DNA from: Alphaproteobacteria bacterium
GTDB taxonomy: Bacteria > Pseudomonadota > Alphaproteobacteria > Rs-D84
Assembly: GCA_017616785.1 (NCBI GenBank)
Contig: JAFZXK010000019.1
Coordinates: 5,321-69,320 of the forward strand
Reading direction: 5' to 3'
Length of the DNA: 64,000 bases
The number at the start of each line of letters is the position of its first letter. Within the stretch, counting starts at the first letter, position 1. The notes below the pieces were generated by a model. It saw only the letters and a program-made list of their open reading frames with translations, was not told the origin of the DNA and searched no databases. A program made the position numbers and the translations under genes. Of the stretch, positions 45,965 through 57,414 are shown one piece after another.

Positions 45965-46040
45965 AAACAGAACGCATTATAACAAAGAAAATACCGATTG
46001 CAAGAATTTAGTGGAAGCGCATCGCATGGAATCTGTTCCA

Positions 46041-47606
<1,566 letters not shown>

Positions 47607-47623
<17 letters not shown>

Positions 47624-47843
47624 AATTCCAACCTATATCGGCCTTTGGCTTATATGGTGTTACCAGCGTTTAATATCGCCGGCGTTCGGTGGTCGTGCGG
47701 TTTGCCGCTTTACCCCGACATGCAGTGAATATACCAAAACGGCAATTTTACGATATGGATTGTTGCGCGGAACGGTTATGGGAATACGCCGAATTTTGCG
47801 CTGTCGTCCGGGTGGTGGCTTTGGTTTTGACCCCGTTCCTTGA
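47607..47843 (+). CDS. yidD: membrane protein insertion efficiency factor YidD
   Basis: YQRLISP...CRFTPTCSEYTKTAILRYG...RILRCRPGGGFGFDPVP. Confidence 0.9.
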
Positions 47844-47906
47844 CAATTTGGGGTTTTAAGGTTAGAATTCGGGTAACATAAAAGAATTTTTACAAAAGGA
47901 TAAAAA

Positions 47907-48347
47907 ATGTCATTTCGTTCAACCGTAGAATCCATGTCCAAGATTATGGATGATATGGGAATAACAGAACTTGATTTGGAACGCCAATTTTTGTTTGGCG
48001 TGTATCGCAAGCATATTCATCTGTCAAAGCAGTCGGGTATTACAATGCCGACTTTGCCGATATCTGAAAACGCCAAACATACAAACAGTGAACCCGCCGA
48101 TGCGGCGACATCTGGGTATGCGTTGAAATCGCCAATGGTCGGTGTTGCATACCTTGCCCCGGAACCGGGCGCAAAGCCATTTACCAAGGTTGGTGCATCG
48201 ATAAAGGCCGGCGATACGGTAATTTTGGTCGAAGCTATGAAAACATTTAACCCGATTAAATCTGACAAGGATGGTGTCGTCAAAGAAATCTTGGTTACCG
48301 ATGGCCAGGCGGTTGAATTTGACCAACCATTGATAATTATTGAATAA
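47907..48347 (+). CDS. accB: acetyl-CoA carboxylase biotin carboxyl carrier protein
   Basis: Biotinyl-lysine motif VEAMKTFNPI. Confidence 0.9.
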   Translation: MSFRSTVESMSKIMDDMGITELDLERQFLFGVYRKHIHLSKQSGITMPTLPISENAKHTNSEPADAATSGYALKSPMVGVAYLAPEPGAKPFTKVGASIKAGDTVILVEAMKTFNPIKSDKDGVVKEILVTDGQAVEFDQPLIIIE

Positions 48348-48355
48348 GAAAAATT

Positions 48356-49714
48356 ATGCCAAAGATAAAGAAAGTTTTAATTGCCAATCGTGGCGAAATT
48401 GCGTTGCGAATAATTCGTGCGTGTCGCGATATGGGCATTCGCACGGTTGCGGTGTATTCAACCGTTGATCGTAATGCTATGCATGTGCAATTAGCGGACG
48501 AATCGGTATGTATCGGTCCTGGACCGTCCAAAGAATCATACCTTAATGAATCTGCAATATTGACGGCGGCATTGCTGACTAATGCCGATGCGATTCACCC
48601 GGGCTATGGATTTTTATCGGAACGTGCGGACTTTGTGCAAAAGGTTGAACAACATGGTTTAATCTGGATTGGACCGGACGCCGCGATGATAAATAAAATG
48701 GGTGACAAAGTGAACGCCAAAAAGACCGCTATTGAATGCGGACTGCCGGTGGTGCCGGGGTCTGATGGTGCGGTCGATACGGTCGAAGATGCATTAAAAT
48801 GGGCGAAAAAAATCGGCTATCCGGTTATGTTAAAGGCCGCCGCCGGTGGTGGTGGTCGCGGTATGCGGCCCGTAATGAACGCGGACGAAATGCGTGAGGC
48901 GTTCGAAGTTACCAAGAACGAGGCCCGCAGTGGTTTTGGCGATGATACACTTTATATTGAAAAGTTATTATTGCGCCCGCGGCATATTGAATTTCAGGTC
49001 CTGGGCGATAAACATGGCGATGTTGTGATATTTGGTGAACGCGATTGTTCATTGCAACGGAAAAACCAAAAGTTGATGGAAGAATGCCCGGCCGCCGCGC
49101 TTACCCAAAAACAACGCGACGATATGATTGAAATTTGTAAAACGGCGGCAAAGAAAATGGGCTATACAAACGCCGGCACATTCGAATTTATGTACGAAGA
49201 TGGCAAGTTCTATTTTCTTGAAATGAACACCCGGCTTCAGGTTGAACACCCCGTAACCGAAATGGTGTATGGTGTTGATTTGGTGCGCGAACAAATTCGC
49301 GTTGCGGCGGGTGAAAAGTTGGGCTATACCCAGGCAAATGTTATCCCGCATGGCCACGCGATTGAATTCAGAATCAATGCCGAAGACCCGGAAACTTTTG
49401 TGCCTTGCCCTGGCAAAATTACATTGTATGCGCCGTCGGGCGGACTGGGTGTTCGCGTGGACAGTGCGGTTTACACCGGATACACAATTCCGCCAACATA
49501 CGATTCAATGATTGCGAAATTGATTGTGCACGCGCAAACGCGGTCGGCGTGCATTATGCGTGCGGAACGCGCATTGGATGAATTTGTTATCGAAGGTGTT
49601 AAAACAACAATCCCCTTACAGAAAAAATTGCTAAACAACCGCGATGTCCGTACATTGAATTTTGATAATCATTGGTTAGAAGCATATTTGAAAAAAGAAA
49701 ATAAAAAGAAATAA
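48356..49714 (+). CDS. accC: acetyl-CoA carboxylase biotin carboxylase subunit
   Basis: KKVLIANRGEIALRIIRAC, ATP-grasp GGGGRGMR, EMNTRLQVEHPVTE. Confidence 0.95.
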   Translation: MPKIKKVLIANRGEIALRIIRACRDMGIRTVAVYSTVDRNAMHVQLADESVCIGPGPSKESYLNESAILTAALLTNADAIHPGYGFLSERADFVQKVEQHGLIWIGPDAAMINKMGDKVNAKKTAIECGLPVVPGSDGAVDTVEDALKWAKKIGYPVMLKAAAGGGGRGMRPVMNADEMREAFEVTKNEARSGFGDDTLYIEKLLLRPRHIEFQVLGDKHGDVVIFGERDCSLQRKNQKLMEECPAAALTQKQRDDMIEICKTAAKKMGYTNAGTFEFMYEDGKFYFLEMNTRLQVEHPVTEMVYGVDLVREQIRVAAGEKLGYTQANVIPHGHAIEFRINAEDPETFVPCPGKITLYAPSGGLGVRVDSAVYTGYTIPPTYDSMIAKLIVHAQTRSACIMRAERALDEFVIEGVKTTIPLQKKLLNNRDVRTLNFDNHWLEAYLKKENKKK

Positions 49715-49738
49715 AAAACCGGCAGATGCCGGTTTTTT
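49713..49738. terminator. bidirectional terminator between accC and sspB
   Basis: aaaaaaccggca-gat-gccggtttttt. Confidence 0.7.
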
Positions 49739-50201
49739 ACTTCTTTCTCTTCCTAAACTCATCCAACGACACCACGCGGCCGTCGTCCGGAATTGTATCA
49801 CCGGTGCCGTCCAAAGGTAATTCAATATCGTTGTCTGGTGCGTTGCGTTCGGGGCCTTTGTGGAAAGACAACATAAAATCAACCGATGGGTCTTTGAATT
49901 CAACCAACGCCGAAAACGGAACACGAATAAAGAACGGACGTCCATCAAATGTCAATTGCACACCGAATTCTTTGTCGGATACATGCAGGTTATTATACGA
50001 ATACTGTAACACAATCGTCATAATGTCGGGATAACGTATACGCAGGAAATCCGGCAACACAACGCCCGCATCGTGCGTACGAAAAGTTATAAAAAAATGC
50101 ATTCCGTCGCCAAGCCCATTTATCTGTGCATGAATCAACGCTTCGCGCACAACGGATTTTAACGCATTATCTAATAAAGATTGATAATCTATCTTTGCCA
50201 T
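49737..50201 (-). CDS. sspB: ClpXP adaptor SspB (alphaproteobacterial type)
   Basis: HFFITFRTHDAGVVLPDFLRIRYPDIMTIVLQYSY...DPSVDFMLSF closely parallels Caulobacter-type SspB. Confidence 0.8.
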   Translation of the reverse strand: MAKIDYQSLLDNALKSVVREALIHAQINGLGDGMHFFITFRTHDAGVVLPDFLRIRYPDIMTIVLQYSYNNLHVSDKEFGVQLTFDGRPFFIRVPFSALVEFKDPSVDFMLSFHKGPERNAPDNDIELPLDGTGDTIPDDGRVVSLDEFRKRKK

Positions 50202-51287
50202 TTATTTTTCCCCTTGCGCACCGATTATATTACTTACATTACCATTTGCGCAAGTAACAAATGTTGCATCCACAATATCGGCAAAAATATCCGCATCGAT
50301 TCCGGTTGCCCAAACCTGGGCCGATGCGTTGGCCAATTCATCAAACAATTTTTTTCGTGCGTTTTTATCCAAATGCGCGACGGCTTCATCAAGTAAAATA
50401 ATTGGTGTTGCGCCGGTTTTTGTATGAACCAATTTCGCATGCGCCAATATCATTTTTAATAGCAAAGTTTTTTGCTGGCCGGTACTGGTAAGGTTCGCCG
50501 GCAAATTCAATTCGCGATTAAACACGCCAAAGTCGGATTTATTTACGCCGTCCAAAATCATTTTATCATTGATAAGTTCGCGATTTGATTTAAGGTATTC
50601 CAAGTATTTCCTTTCGGCGGTTGCGGCATTTGATTCCATAATCATTGATTCGACCATACCGTCAACCGAAACGGCGGCATCGGTTAAAAAGTAATTGATT
50701 TCCCCGGCGTATTGAATACGTGCCGCGGCAATTGCGACGGCGGTCGCGGCAATTTGTGCATCCAACGCGTCAATCCATTTTGCGTTTGCGCCCGCTTTTA
50801 ATGCGCCGGCGCGTTCGGATAAAAGTTTCGTGTGTCGCGCAACGCGCCCTGCGTGCGCGGAATCAAAACTTGCGGCCAATCGGTCAAAAAACGCGCGCCT
50901 ATCGGCCGCCGCATCGATAAAGATTCTGTCTTCGCGTGGTGTAATCCAAACAATGCGCATACGCGCCGCCAATTCGGAAAGTGTCGCCGCATCGCCATCA
51001 ATTTTTGCATGACGATTTGAATCGCCGTTATTAAAGTAAACGCAAATTTCCGTATCATCCGAAAGTTCGCAAATAACCGAAAAACCGCCGTCACCATCAA
51101 AGCGTGCAATATCTGTCATTGGTGCGCCGCGCATTCCGCGGTCGCCCGACAGCATTGATACAGCCTCTATAATCGCGGTTTTACCCGTACCGTTTGCACC
51201 CGTAATGATAACATTGCGATGACCGCCGGTTGAAAACCGGCACGAAGTATGATTACGAAAATTGGTTAAGATTAAACGACTTATCAT
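50202..51287 (-). CDS. recF: DNA replication and repair protein RecF
   Basis: MISRLILTNFRNH start, Walker A GANGTGKTAIIEAV, signature STGQQKTLLL, and Walker B ILLDEAVAHLD. Confidence 0.9.
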   Translation of the reverse strand: MISRLILTNFRNHTSCRFSTGGHRNVIITGANGTGKTAIIEAVSMLSGDRGMRGAPMTDIARFDGDGGFSVICELSDDTEICVYFNNGDSNRHAKIDGDAATLSELAARMRIVWITPREDRIFIDAAADRRAFFDRLAASFDSAHAGRVARHTKLLSERAGALKAGANAKWIDALDAQIAATAVAIAAARIQYAGEINYFLTDAAVSVDGMVESMIMESNAATAERKYLEYLKSNRELINDKMILDGVNKSDFGVFNRELNLPANLTSTGQQKTLLLKMILAHAKLVHTKTGATPIILLDEAVAHLDKNARKKLFDELANASAQVWATGIDADIFADIVDATFVTCANGNVSNIIGAQGEK

Positions 51288-51392
51288 GTTGCATAGGTTA
51301 AGAATTTTCCAACACCTTTGCAAGGTATTGTTATATGCACAATTAAAACGGGACAGTTTGCAGGGGCTAAATAGGCACGTAACGTGGTTTGT

Positions 51393-51468
51393 CATGGCGG
51401 GCTCGGTCCGCCATAGGGCAAAATAAGTTTATAATGACACCCCTATTGCGGCTCGGAGGCCGCAATGA
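51393..51468. repeat. pair of GC-rich hairpins sharing a GGCTCGG core, arranged as an outer inverted repeat (tgtcat...atgaca)
   Basis: atggcgg-gctcggt-ccgccat at 51394-51414 and attgcggc-tcggag-gccgcaat at 51445-51466. Confidence 0.7.
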
Positions 51469-51616
51469 CAAAGGTGCTCGTAAAATCAGATACTGTGTTA
51501 TGGTTTGGTTATTCAAATCACGCAAACCCGCACGTTTGCTTTTATCAAAATAATATGCTATAATATAACTGATACGGGCGGTTGACGTTTAATTTCTATA
51601 ACAAAAGGAGCGCGAA

Positions 51617-51829
51617 ATGGCATTATTACGTAAACTACTTGAAGCAGACAAAAAAAGAAAATACAAAAAATTAGTACGTGCTACGGCTGATTATTCTAAA
51701 AAGAATCCGTTTGAAGATGAACAAAAGAAAAAAGCAAAATATGATAAAGCGGCAGCCAGGTTAAAAAAATTAGAACAAATAGAAAATAAAGCAAGAGCCA
51801 GAAGAACGACTGTTTCAAAGGGCAGATAG
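51617..51829 (+). CDS. small lysine-rich hypothetical protein (70 aa)
   Basis: Open frame with AAGGAG upstream and a strong terminator downstream. No family recognised. Confidence 0.5.
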   Translation: MALLRKLLEADKKRKYKKLVRATADYSKKNPFEDEQKKKAKYDKAAARLKKLEQIENKARARRTTVSKGR

Positions 51830-51855
51830 ACGTTCATTTAATTAATGATTCAAAC

Positions 51856-51883
51856 AAAAACACCGGCTTTTGCCGGTGTTTTT
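51856..51883 (+). terminator. rho-independent terminator
   Basis: aaaaacaccggc-tttt-gccggtgttttt. Confidence 0.75.
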
Positions 51884-51895
51884 GTCTTAAAAAAC

Positions 51896-51969
51896 TGGAG
51901 GCTTGGGTCGGAATCGAACCGGCATACAAGGATTTGCAGTCCTCTGCATAACCACTCTGCCACCAAGCC
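51896..51969 (-). tRNA. tRNA-Cys (GCA)
   Basis: The reverse complement is GGCTTGGTGGCAGAGTGG...GACTGCAAATCC...GGTTCGATTCC...CCAAGCCTCCA, with discriminator U73. Confidence 0.92.
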
Positions 51970-52054
51970 ATGAACAGCCATATAATCCTAGCAAAAAAAA
52001 TTTATTTTTCAACACAAAAAATATATAATAAAAACACCAAAAGGTCAAGAAATA

Positions 52055-53380
52055 ATGAGTTTTGAAAAAATTCCTTTGCTGCTTATTTTTGTGTGTTCTT
52101 TCGCGTATGGTGCGAACGAAGATTGCTTGTCGCGCAAAAATGCGCCAGACGAGATTTTGGATTTACAGGCCGTTATTGAACTGGGGTTATGTCGCAATCC
52201 CGAAACTATGTCAGCGTATTATTCTTATGAAGCCGCGCGTTATAATAAAAACGCCGGATACGCAAATTACTTGCCCGCCGTCAATGGCAGCGCATCTATG
52301 AACAAGAACTATCAAAATCACGATTGGGAACCGTGGCAATACGGCGCATCAATCTCCGCATCGTATTTGATATTTGATTTCGGTAAAAGATTGGCGGATT
52401 TGAATCAGTTATCTTCGACATGGCGTGCGATGGGATTTGATTATGACGACCGTGTGCAAAACTATGTATACGGCGTAATTGGTGCGTATTACGCGTTATT
52501 AAATGCGGACGCGGATGTCGAAAGTGCAAAATCATTACGCGTTGTTGCGCAAACCGCACTTGACACCGCGAACAAAAAATTCAAAGCCGGTGTTGTTGCG
52601 CGTGCCGATGTGTTAAAGGCGGAAACGACACTCGCAAGTCGTGATTTGGATTTGGAACGCGCAAAAAACAATCGTGAAATTGCCAAAGGAACATTACTAA
52701 CCAAACTTTCATTTCCGGCGGACGGCGAAATTACAATTGCCGATATGCCAAAAGATTTTGGTTCGCCGCATGAAAACCGCGGTATTGATGAATTGATAGA
52801 AATCGCGCGAAAGAAACGCCCTGATTTGTTGCGCGCATCGGCGAACAAAGACGCCGCGTGGCACCGCCGCAACAGTATGTTTTTGAAAAATTTACCAAGT
52901 ATCAGTGCGACCGGAACGCTTTCGTGGAACGATAATAATCGCGATTACATTTATGACGACAATTCACATACCAGTGGCAGTATCGGTATCCGTGCGTCTA
53001 TGCCTATATTCGCGGGATTCGCAAATATGTACGGCATACGCAGCGCCCAAGCATCGTACGAAGGCGCAACAGAAACATTGCGTAATGCAAACGATAACGC
53101 AATGCTTGATGTGTTCAGTGCATATCAGAATTACAAAACCGCCCAAACCGTTTTATCGCAAACGGAAACATTACTAAAATCCGCAACGGAATCAGAACGC
53201 GTAACCGCCGGCATGTATAAGGTTGGTCGCGCAACAATGCTTGATTGGCAAACGGCGCAATCTGAATTAGTATCCGCGCAAAAACAAAACAACGCCGCAA
53301 AGTACGATTTGTTTGTAAAACGCGCGGCGGTTGCACTTTCCATCGGCGATATCAAATCAGAAATTGAAAAGGAAGAATAA
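52055..53380 (+). CDS. TolC-family outer membrane efflux protein
   Basis: Signal peptide and two OEP repeats with typical coiled-coil segments. First gene of the efflux operon. Confidence 0.8.
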   Translation: MSFEKIPLLLIFVCSFAYGANEDCLSRKNAPDEILDLQAVIELGLCRNPETMSAYYSYEAARYNKNAGYANYLPAVNGSASMNKNYQNHDWEPWQYGASISASYLIFDFGKRLADLNQLSSTWRAMGFDYDDRVQNYVYGVIGAYYALLNADADVESAKSLRVVAQTALDTANKKFKAGVVARADVLKAETTLASRDLDLERAKNNREIAKGTLLTKLSFPADGEITIADMPKDFGSPHENRGIDELIEIARKKRPDLLRASANKDAAWHRRNSMFLKNLPSISATGTLSWNDNNRDYIYDDNSHTSGSIGIRASMPIFAGFANMYGIRSAQASYEGATETLRNANDNAMLDVFSAYQNYKTAQTVLSQTETLLKSATESERVTAGMYKVGRATMLDWQTAQSELVSAQKQNNAAKYDLFVKRAAVALSIGDIKSEIEKEE

Positions 53381-54564
53381 TGTCAGAAGAAGTGAAACAT
53401 TCTTTTATCCGGCGATTTTTTGCATGGCTTTGGCGTCACAAATGGTGGTCGTTGACAGTAATACTTATTTTATTGGCCGGTGGCACTTGGTGGATAATTG
53501 CGTCTATTGGCGACAAAGTCGAATATGTAACCGTAAATGTTTCGCGTGGCGATATAAAACATGTTGTAACCGCGACCGGTGAAATAAATCCGGTGAACAC
53601 CGTAAGTGTTGGTTCGCAAGTTTCTGGTACAATTGAAAACATCTATGTCGATTACAATTCGCGCGTAACCAAGGGTCAATTACTACTTGAAATTGAACCG
53701 TCTGTATTACAGGCAACCGTTGACGAAGCGCGCGCCGCACTGGATTCGGCAAAATCGCAATTGAACCTTGCCCGAAATGATTACGAAAGGAATAAAACTC
53801 TTTACGATTCGGGTTATATTGCGCGCGCCGAAATGGAACAATCGCAAACAAATTATGAACAGGCACAGCAAAGTGTAAAGCGTATGGAATCGCAATATGA
53901 ACGCGCGGTAACAAACCTTTCGTATGCAACGATAACATCGCCGGTTGACGGCACGGTAATTTCGCGCAAGGTTGATAAAGGTCAAACGGTGGCCGCATCT
54001 TTTCAAACGCCCGACCTGTTTGAAATCGCCGAAGACCTTTCGAAAATGCAAATTGAAACCGCGGTATCAGAGGCCGATATTGGTGTAATCAAAGAAGGTC
54101 AAAATGTAACTTTTACCGTTGATGCATATCCGCGTAAAACATTTAACGGAATTGTAAAACAAGTTCGACTTTCGCCAACAACCACATCAAATGTTGTTGT
54201 TTATACGGTGGTAATAGATGTGGATAATGCGGATTTGAACCTTATGCCCGGAATGACGGCATTTGTTACGATACTTGTTGATGCGGCCAAAGATGTATGG
54301 AAAACGCAAAATGCGGCGTTTCTTGTTCGCAATTTCAAAAACATTATAACCGATGCACCGGATAATGTAAATCCAAATGAATATATTGCGGTCCTGCGCG
54401 ATGGAAAACCGGTGTTTATTAAATACACCAAGGGACTTATTACCGCAACCGAAACGCAAATTGTATCTGATGAATTAAAACCCGACGACAAAGTTATTGT
54501 TGGACGCGTCGGCCAATCAACAAGTTCTGCCGCAACCCAGGCGCGCCGCCGTGGACCGTTTTAG
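53380..54564 (+). CDS. macA: HlyD/MacA-family periplasmic adaptor
   Basis: N-terminal TM, GEINPVNTVSVGSQVSGTI lipoyl-like hairpin, coiled coil, and beta-barrel domain. Confidence 0.8.
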   Translation: MSEEVKHSFIRRFFAWLWRHKWWSLTVILILLAGGTWWIIASIGDKVEYVTVNVSRGDIKHVVTATGEINPVNTVSVGSQVSGTIENIYVDYNSRVTKGQLLLEIEPSVLQATVDEARAALDSAKSQLNLARNDYERNKTLYDSGYIARAEMEQSQTNYEQAQQSVKRMESQYERAVTNLSYATITSPVDGTVISRKVDKGQTVAASFQTPDLFEIAEDLSKMQIETAVSEADIGVIKEGQNVTFTVDAYPRKTFNGIVKQVRLSPTTTSNVVVYTVVIDVDNADLNLMPGMTAFVTILVDAAKDVWKTQNAAFLVRNFKNIITDAPDNVNPNEYIAVLRDGKPVFIKYTKGLITATETQIVSDELKPDDKVIVGRVGQSTSSAATQARRRGPF

Positions 54565-54566
54565 AT

Positions 54567-55310
54567 ATGATAAAGAAAAAAGAAAATATAATTTCAATGA
54601 ATAAAATTTGTAAAAGTTTTCCATTGGAAATCGGTGGACGCCAACAGGTTTTGTTTGATATCAGTTTTAATGTTTCGTCCGGTGAATTTGTTGCAATTAT
54701 GGGGCCGTCGGGTTCGGGCAAATCAACATGTATGAATATCATTGGCGCGCTGGATACGCCAACATCCGGCGTATACGAACTTTATGGAAAAAATATAACG
54801 AATATGACGGCGGATGATTTGGCGGTTGTTAGAAATGAATATATTGGTTTTGTTTTTCAAAATTTTAACCTGTTGCCGAAACGAAATGTCTTGGACAATG
54901 TAATGTTGCCATTGATGTATCGTGGTATGTCCCCAGACGAAAGAATCCGCCGTTCACGTGAAATGTTACGACGCGTTGGACTTGATAATTTTGAAACATA
55001 CCTGCCCACGCAACTTTCGGGCGGAATGAAGCAACGCGTTGCAATTGCGCGCGCACTTGCCGGCGACCCAAAACTAATTTTGGCGGACGAGCCAACCGGC
55101 GCCCTTGATTCGAAAATGGGAAATGAAATCTTGCGGTTTTTCAAGAAACTAAACGACGAAATGGGAATCACAATAATTATGATAACGCATGAATTTGATA
55201 CCGCGCAGTATGCGAAACGCCTTATACATATTTACGATGGACGAATAAATTATGACGGCGCGGTTCCAAAAAACGAAGATGCACTAAACCGAAAAACACG
55301 TGGAAAATAA
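54567..55310 (+). CDS. ABC transporter ATP-binding protein (MacB/LolD-type)
   Basis: Walker A GPSGSGKST, signature LSGGMKQRVAIARAL, and Walker B LILADEPTGALD. Confidence 0.9.
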   Translation: MIKKKENIISMNKICKSFPLEIGGRQQVLFDISFNVSSGEFVAIMGPSGSGKSTCMNIIGALDTPTSGVYELYGKNITNMTADDLAVVRNEYIGFVFQNFNLLPKRNVLDNVMLPLMYRGMSPDERIRRSREMLRRVGLDNFETYLPTQLSGGMKQRVAIARALAGDPKLILADEPTGALDSKMGNEILRFFKKLNDEMGITIIMITHEFDTAQYAKRLIHIYDGRINYDGAVPKNEDALNRKTRGK

Positions 55311-55312
55311 AC

Positions 55313-56530
55313 ATGACATTTAACGACATACTAAAAGAATCTTGGCTTTCAATCAGTGCGAATAAAATTCGTTCGTTTTTAACGGTGCTTGGAATCATAA
55401 TCGGTGTGTTGGCGGTTGTGATAATGGTTGCGGTCGGCGAAACAGTGCAAACAGAAATCACAGACCAATTTTCATCACTTGGCACAAACACAATTGTCAT
55501 ACGTGCGGGCGCGGCGCGCATTGGTGGCGTGCGCAGTGGAAACCTGCAAACCCTTACCACCGATGATGCGGCGGTTATTGCGAAATTACCGGATGTTGCG
55601 GCGATTACCCCGGTCCAGGCATCCGGTGTTCAGGTTGTATATGGAAATAAAAATTGGGCCACGTCAATGATTGGTGTGTATCCGGACTATACAACCGTGC
55701 AAAGCGTTGACATTGAATACGGCGCGTTCTTTGATGAAATTGCCGTTCGCAATGCATCTACATACGCCGTAATCGGTCCCAAAACCGCAACAGAACTCGG
55801 TATGGATAAAAACCCGGTCGGCGAAGTAATTCGTATTCAAAATGTTCCATTTGTCGTTGTTGGCGTTGCCAAAGAACGTGGCGACACGGCGATGGGTTCC
55901 CAAGACGACATGATTATGATACCGATTACAACACTAAAAAAACGATTGCAAGGCAGCAAGTTTCCAAATTCCGTTAGTATGATTGCGCTTAAACTTTTCC
56001 AAGACGCGGATAATTCTGTTGTCATTGACCAGGTTTCCGCCCTGCTCCGCGACCGCCACCGCCTAAAAGACGGCGATCAAGACGATTTTCAAATTATGGA
56101 TATGCGCCAGATTATGGAAACGATGACGACGGTAACGGGGTATTTGAAACTTTTGCTTATTGCAATCGCGGCGGTATCACTTTTGGTCGGTGCGATTGGC
56201 ATTATGAACATGATGCTGGTATCGGTTGCAGAACGCACGCGCGAAATCGGCATACGCAAAGCCATTGGCGCGCGCGAAGCCAACATAATAACGCAATTTT
56301 TGGCGGAATCGATAATGATATCTTTTATCGGTTCAATGATAGGCCTTGTGCTTGGCGTTGGCCTTTCCCAAGGCATAGGGCGATTTATATTGGGTTATAA
56401 TGTGCCGTTTAGTTTATGGCCGGTTGCACTTTCGATAACTGTCGCGGTTGTTGTCGGCCTTGCGTCCGGGGTTGTGCCCGCAATAAAGGCCGCCAAACTA
56501 AACCCGATTGACAGTTTAAGATATGAATAG
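55313..56530 (+). CDS. ABC transporter permease, MacB/FtsX-type
   Basis: MacB_PCD-like periplasmic domain between TM1 and TM2. C-terminal FtsX domain (ERTREIGIRKAIGA). Confidence 0.85.
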   Translation: MTFNDILKESWLSISANKIRSFLTVLGIIIGVLAVVIMVAVGETVQTEITDQFSSLGTNTIVIRAGAARIGGVRSGNLQTLTTDDAAVIAKLPDVAAITPVQASGVQVVYGNKNWATSMIGVYPDYTTVQSVDIEYGAFFDEIAVRNASTYAVIGPKTATELGMDKNPVGEVIRIQNVPFVVVGVAKERGDTAMGSQDDMIMIPITTLKKRLQGSKFPNSVSMIALKLFQDADNSVVIDQVSALLRDRHRLKDGDQDDFQIMDMRQIMETMTTVTGYLKLLLIAIAAVSLLVGAIGIMNMMLVSVAERTREIGIRKAIGAREANIITQFLAESIMISFIGSMIGLVLGVGLSQGIGRFILGYNVPFSLWPVALSITVAVVVGLASGVVPAIKAAKLNPIDSLRYE

Positions 56531-56532
56531 GT

Positions 56533-57414
56533 TTATTTTGAAAATTTCCGTGCCATATTGAACAATAATGGAGTGTGGATTTTAAGTTTCTTTGCACGTT
56601 CATTTAACGCATGCAACGCGGATAGCCCCTCAACTGTGCCGACCGGTTTTTCACCGTTGGCAATTGCGACACCGGCGGAAAAATTACGACTGGTGGTTGA
56701 TGTGGCGGTAAGTAACAAATCACCAACACCGCACAAATCAGAAAAAGTTTCCAATTTCGCACCCATTTTAAGGCCGATTTGTATAACATCTTTCCATGCG
56801 TTTGTCATGTAAAGCGCAGATTCATTTTCACCCTGCCCTTTTACTTTGATATAGCCACTTATTACGGAAACAGCGTTTTTACCAACGCCGCAAATTTCTG
56901 TTCCGATTATATCGCGCGTTGGGCTAATAAACATTTTATTGAAAATTTTTTTACCTACACATTGAATTTCTTTGCCACCCGCAAGTGTGGAACCCGTCGG
57001 AACACCGCGTGCAACCTCGGCTGCGAATTGCGGACCGGAAAGTACACCGATATTTTTTTTCGGTGTTTTAATTGTTTCGTGCAAAACTTCTGTCATAAAT
57101 TTTCCGGTTTTTGGCTCGGCGCCTTTGGTACAAATAATTATCGGCTGTTTGTTATAGTGGCAACCGGCCCTTGCCAATGTTTCACGAAAGAACATTGCAG
57201 GCGTTACCACAACCCAGGCACCACAAGATTCTAATTCGGCCATATCCTGTGTTATTTTTATATTGTTTGGTAATGATGCGCCATCAAAATGCGCGTATTC
57301 CCCATCAAAAGACCACAAAATTACACCCGTTCCACCATTTGCAATACAATGTGCCAGTGCCGTTCCCCAAGCGCCTGCGCCAATAATACCAACAACAGTT
57401 TTTACAGGTTTCAT
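56533..57414 (-). CDS. gpsA: NAD(P)H-dependent glycerol-3-phosphate dehydrogenase
   Basis: IIGAGAWGTALA Rossmann motif and GpsA-type C-terminal domain. Confidence 0.85.
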   Translation of the reverse strand: MKPVKTVVGIIGAGAWGTALAHCIANGGTGVILWSFDGEYAHFDGASLPNNIKITQDMAELESCGAWVVVTPAMFFRETLARAGCHYNKQPIIICTKGAEPKTGKFMTEVLHETIKTPKKNIGVLSGPQFAAEVARGVPTGSTLAGGKEIQCVGKKIFNKMFISPTRDIIGTEICGVGKNAVSVISGYIKVKGQGENESALYMTNAWKDVIQIGLKMGAKLETFSDLCGVGDLLLTATSTTSRNFSAGVAIANGEKPVGTVEGLSALHALNERAKKLKIHTPLLFNMARKFSK

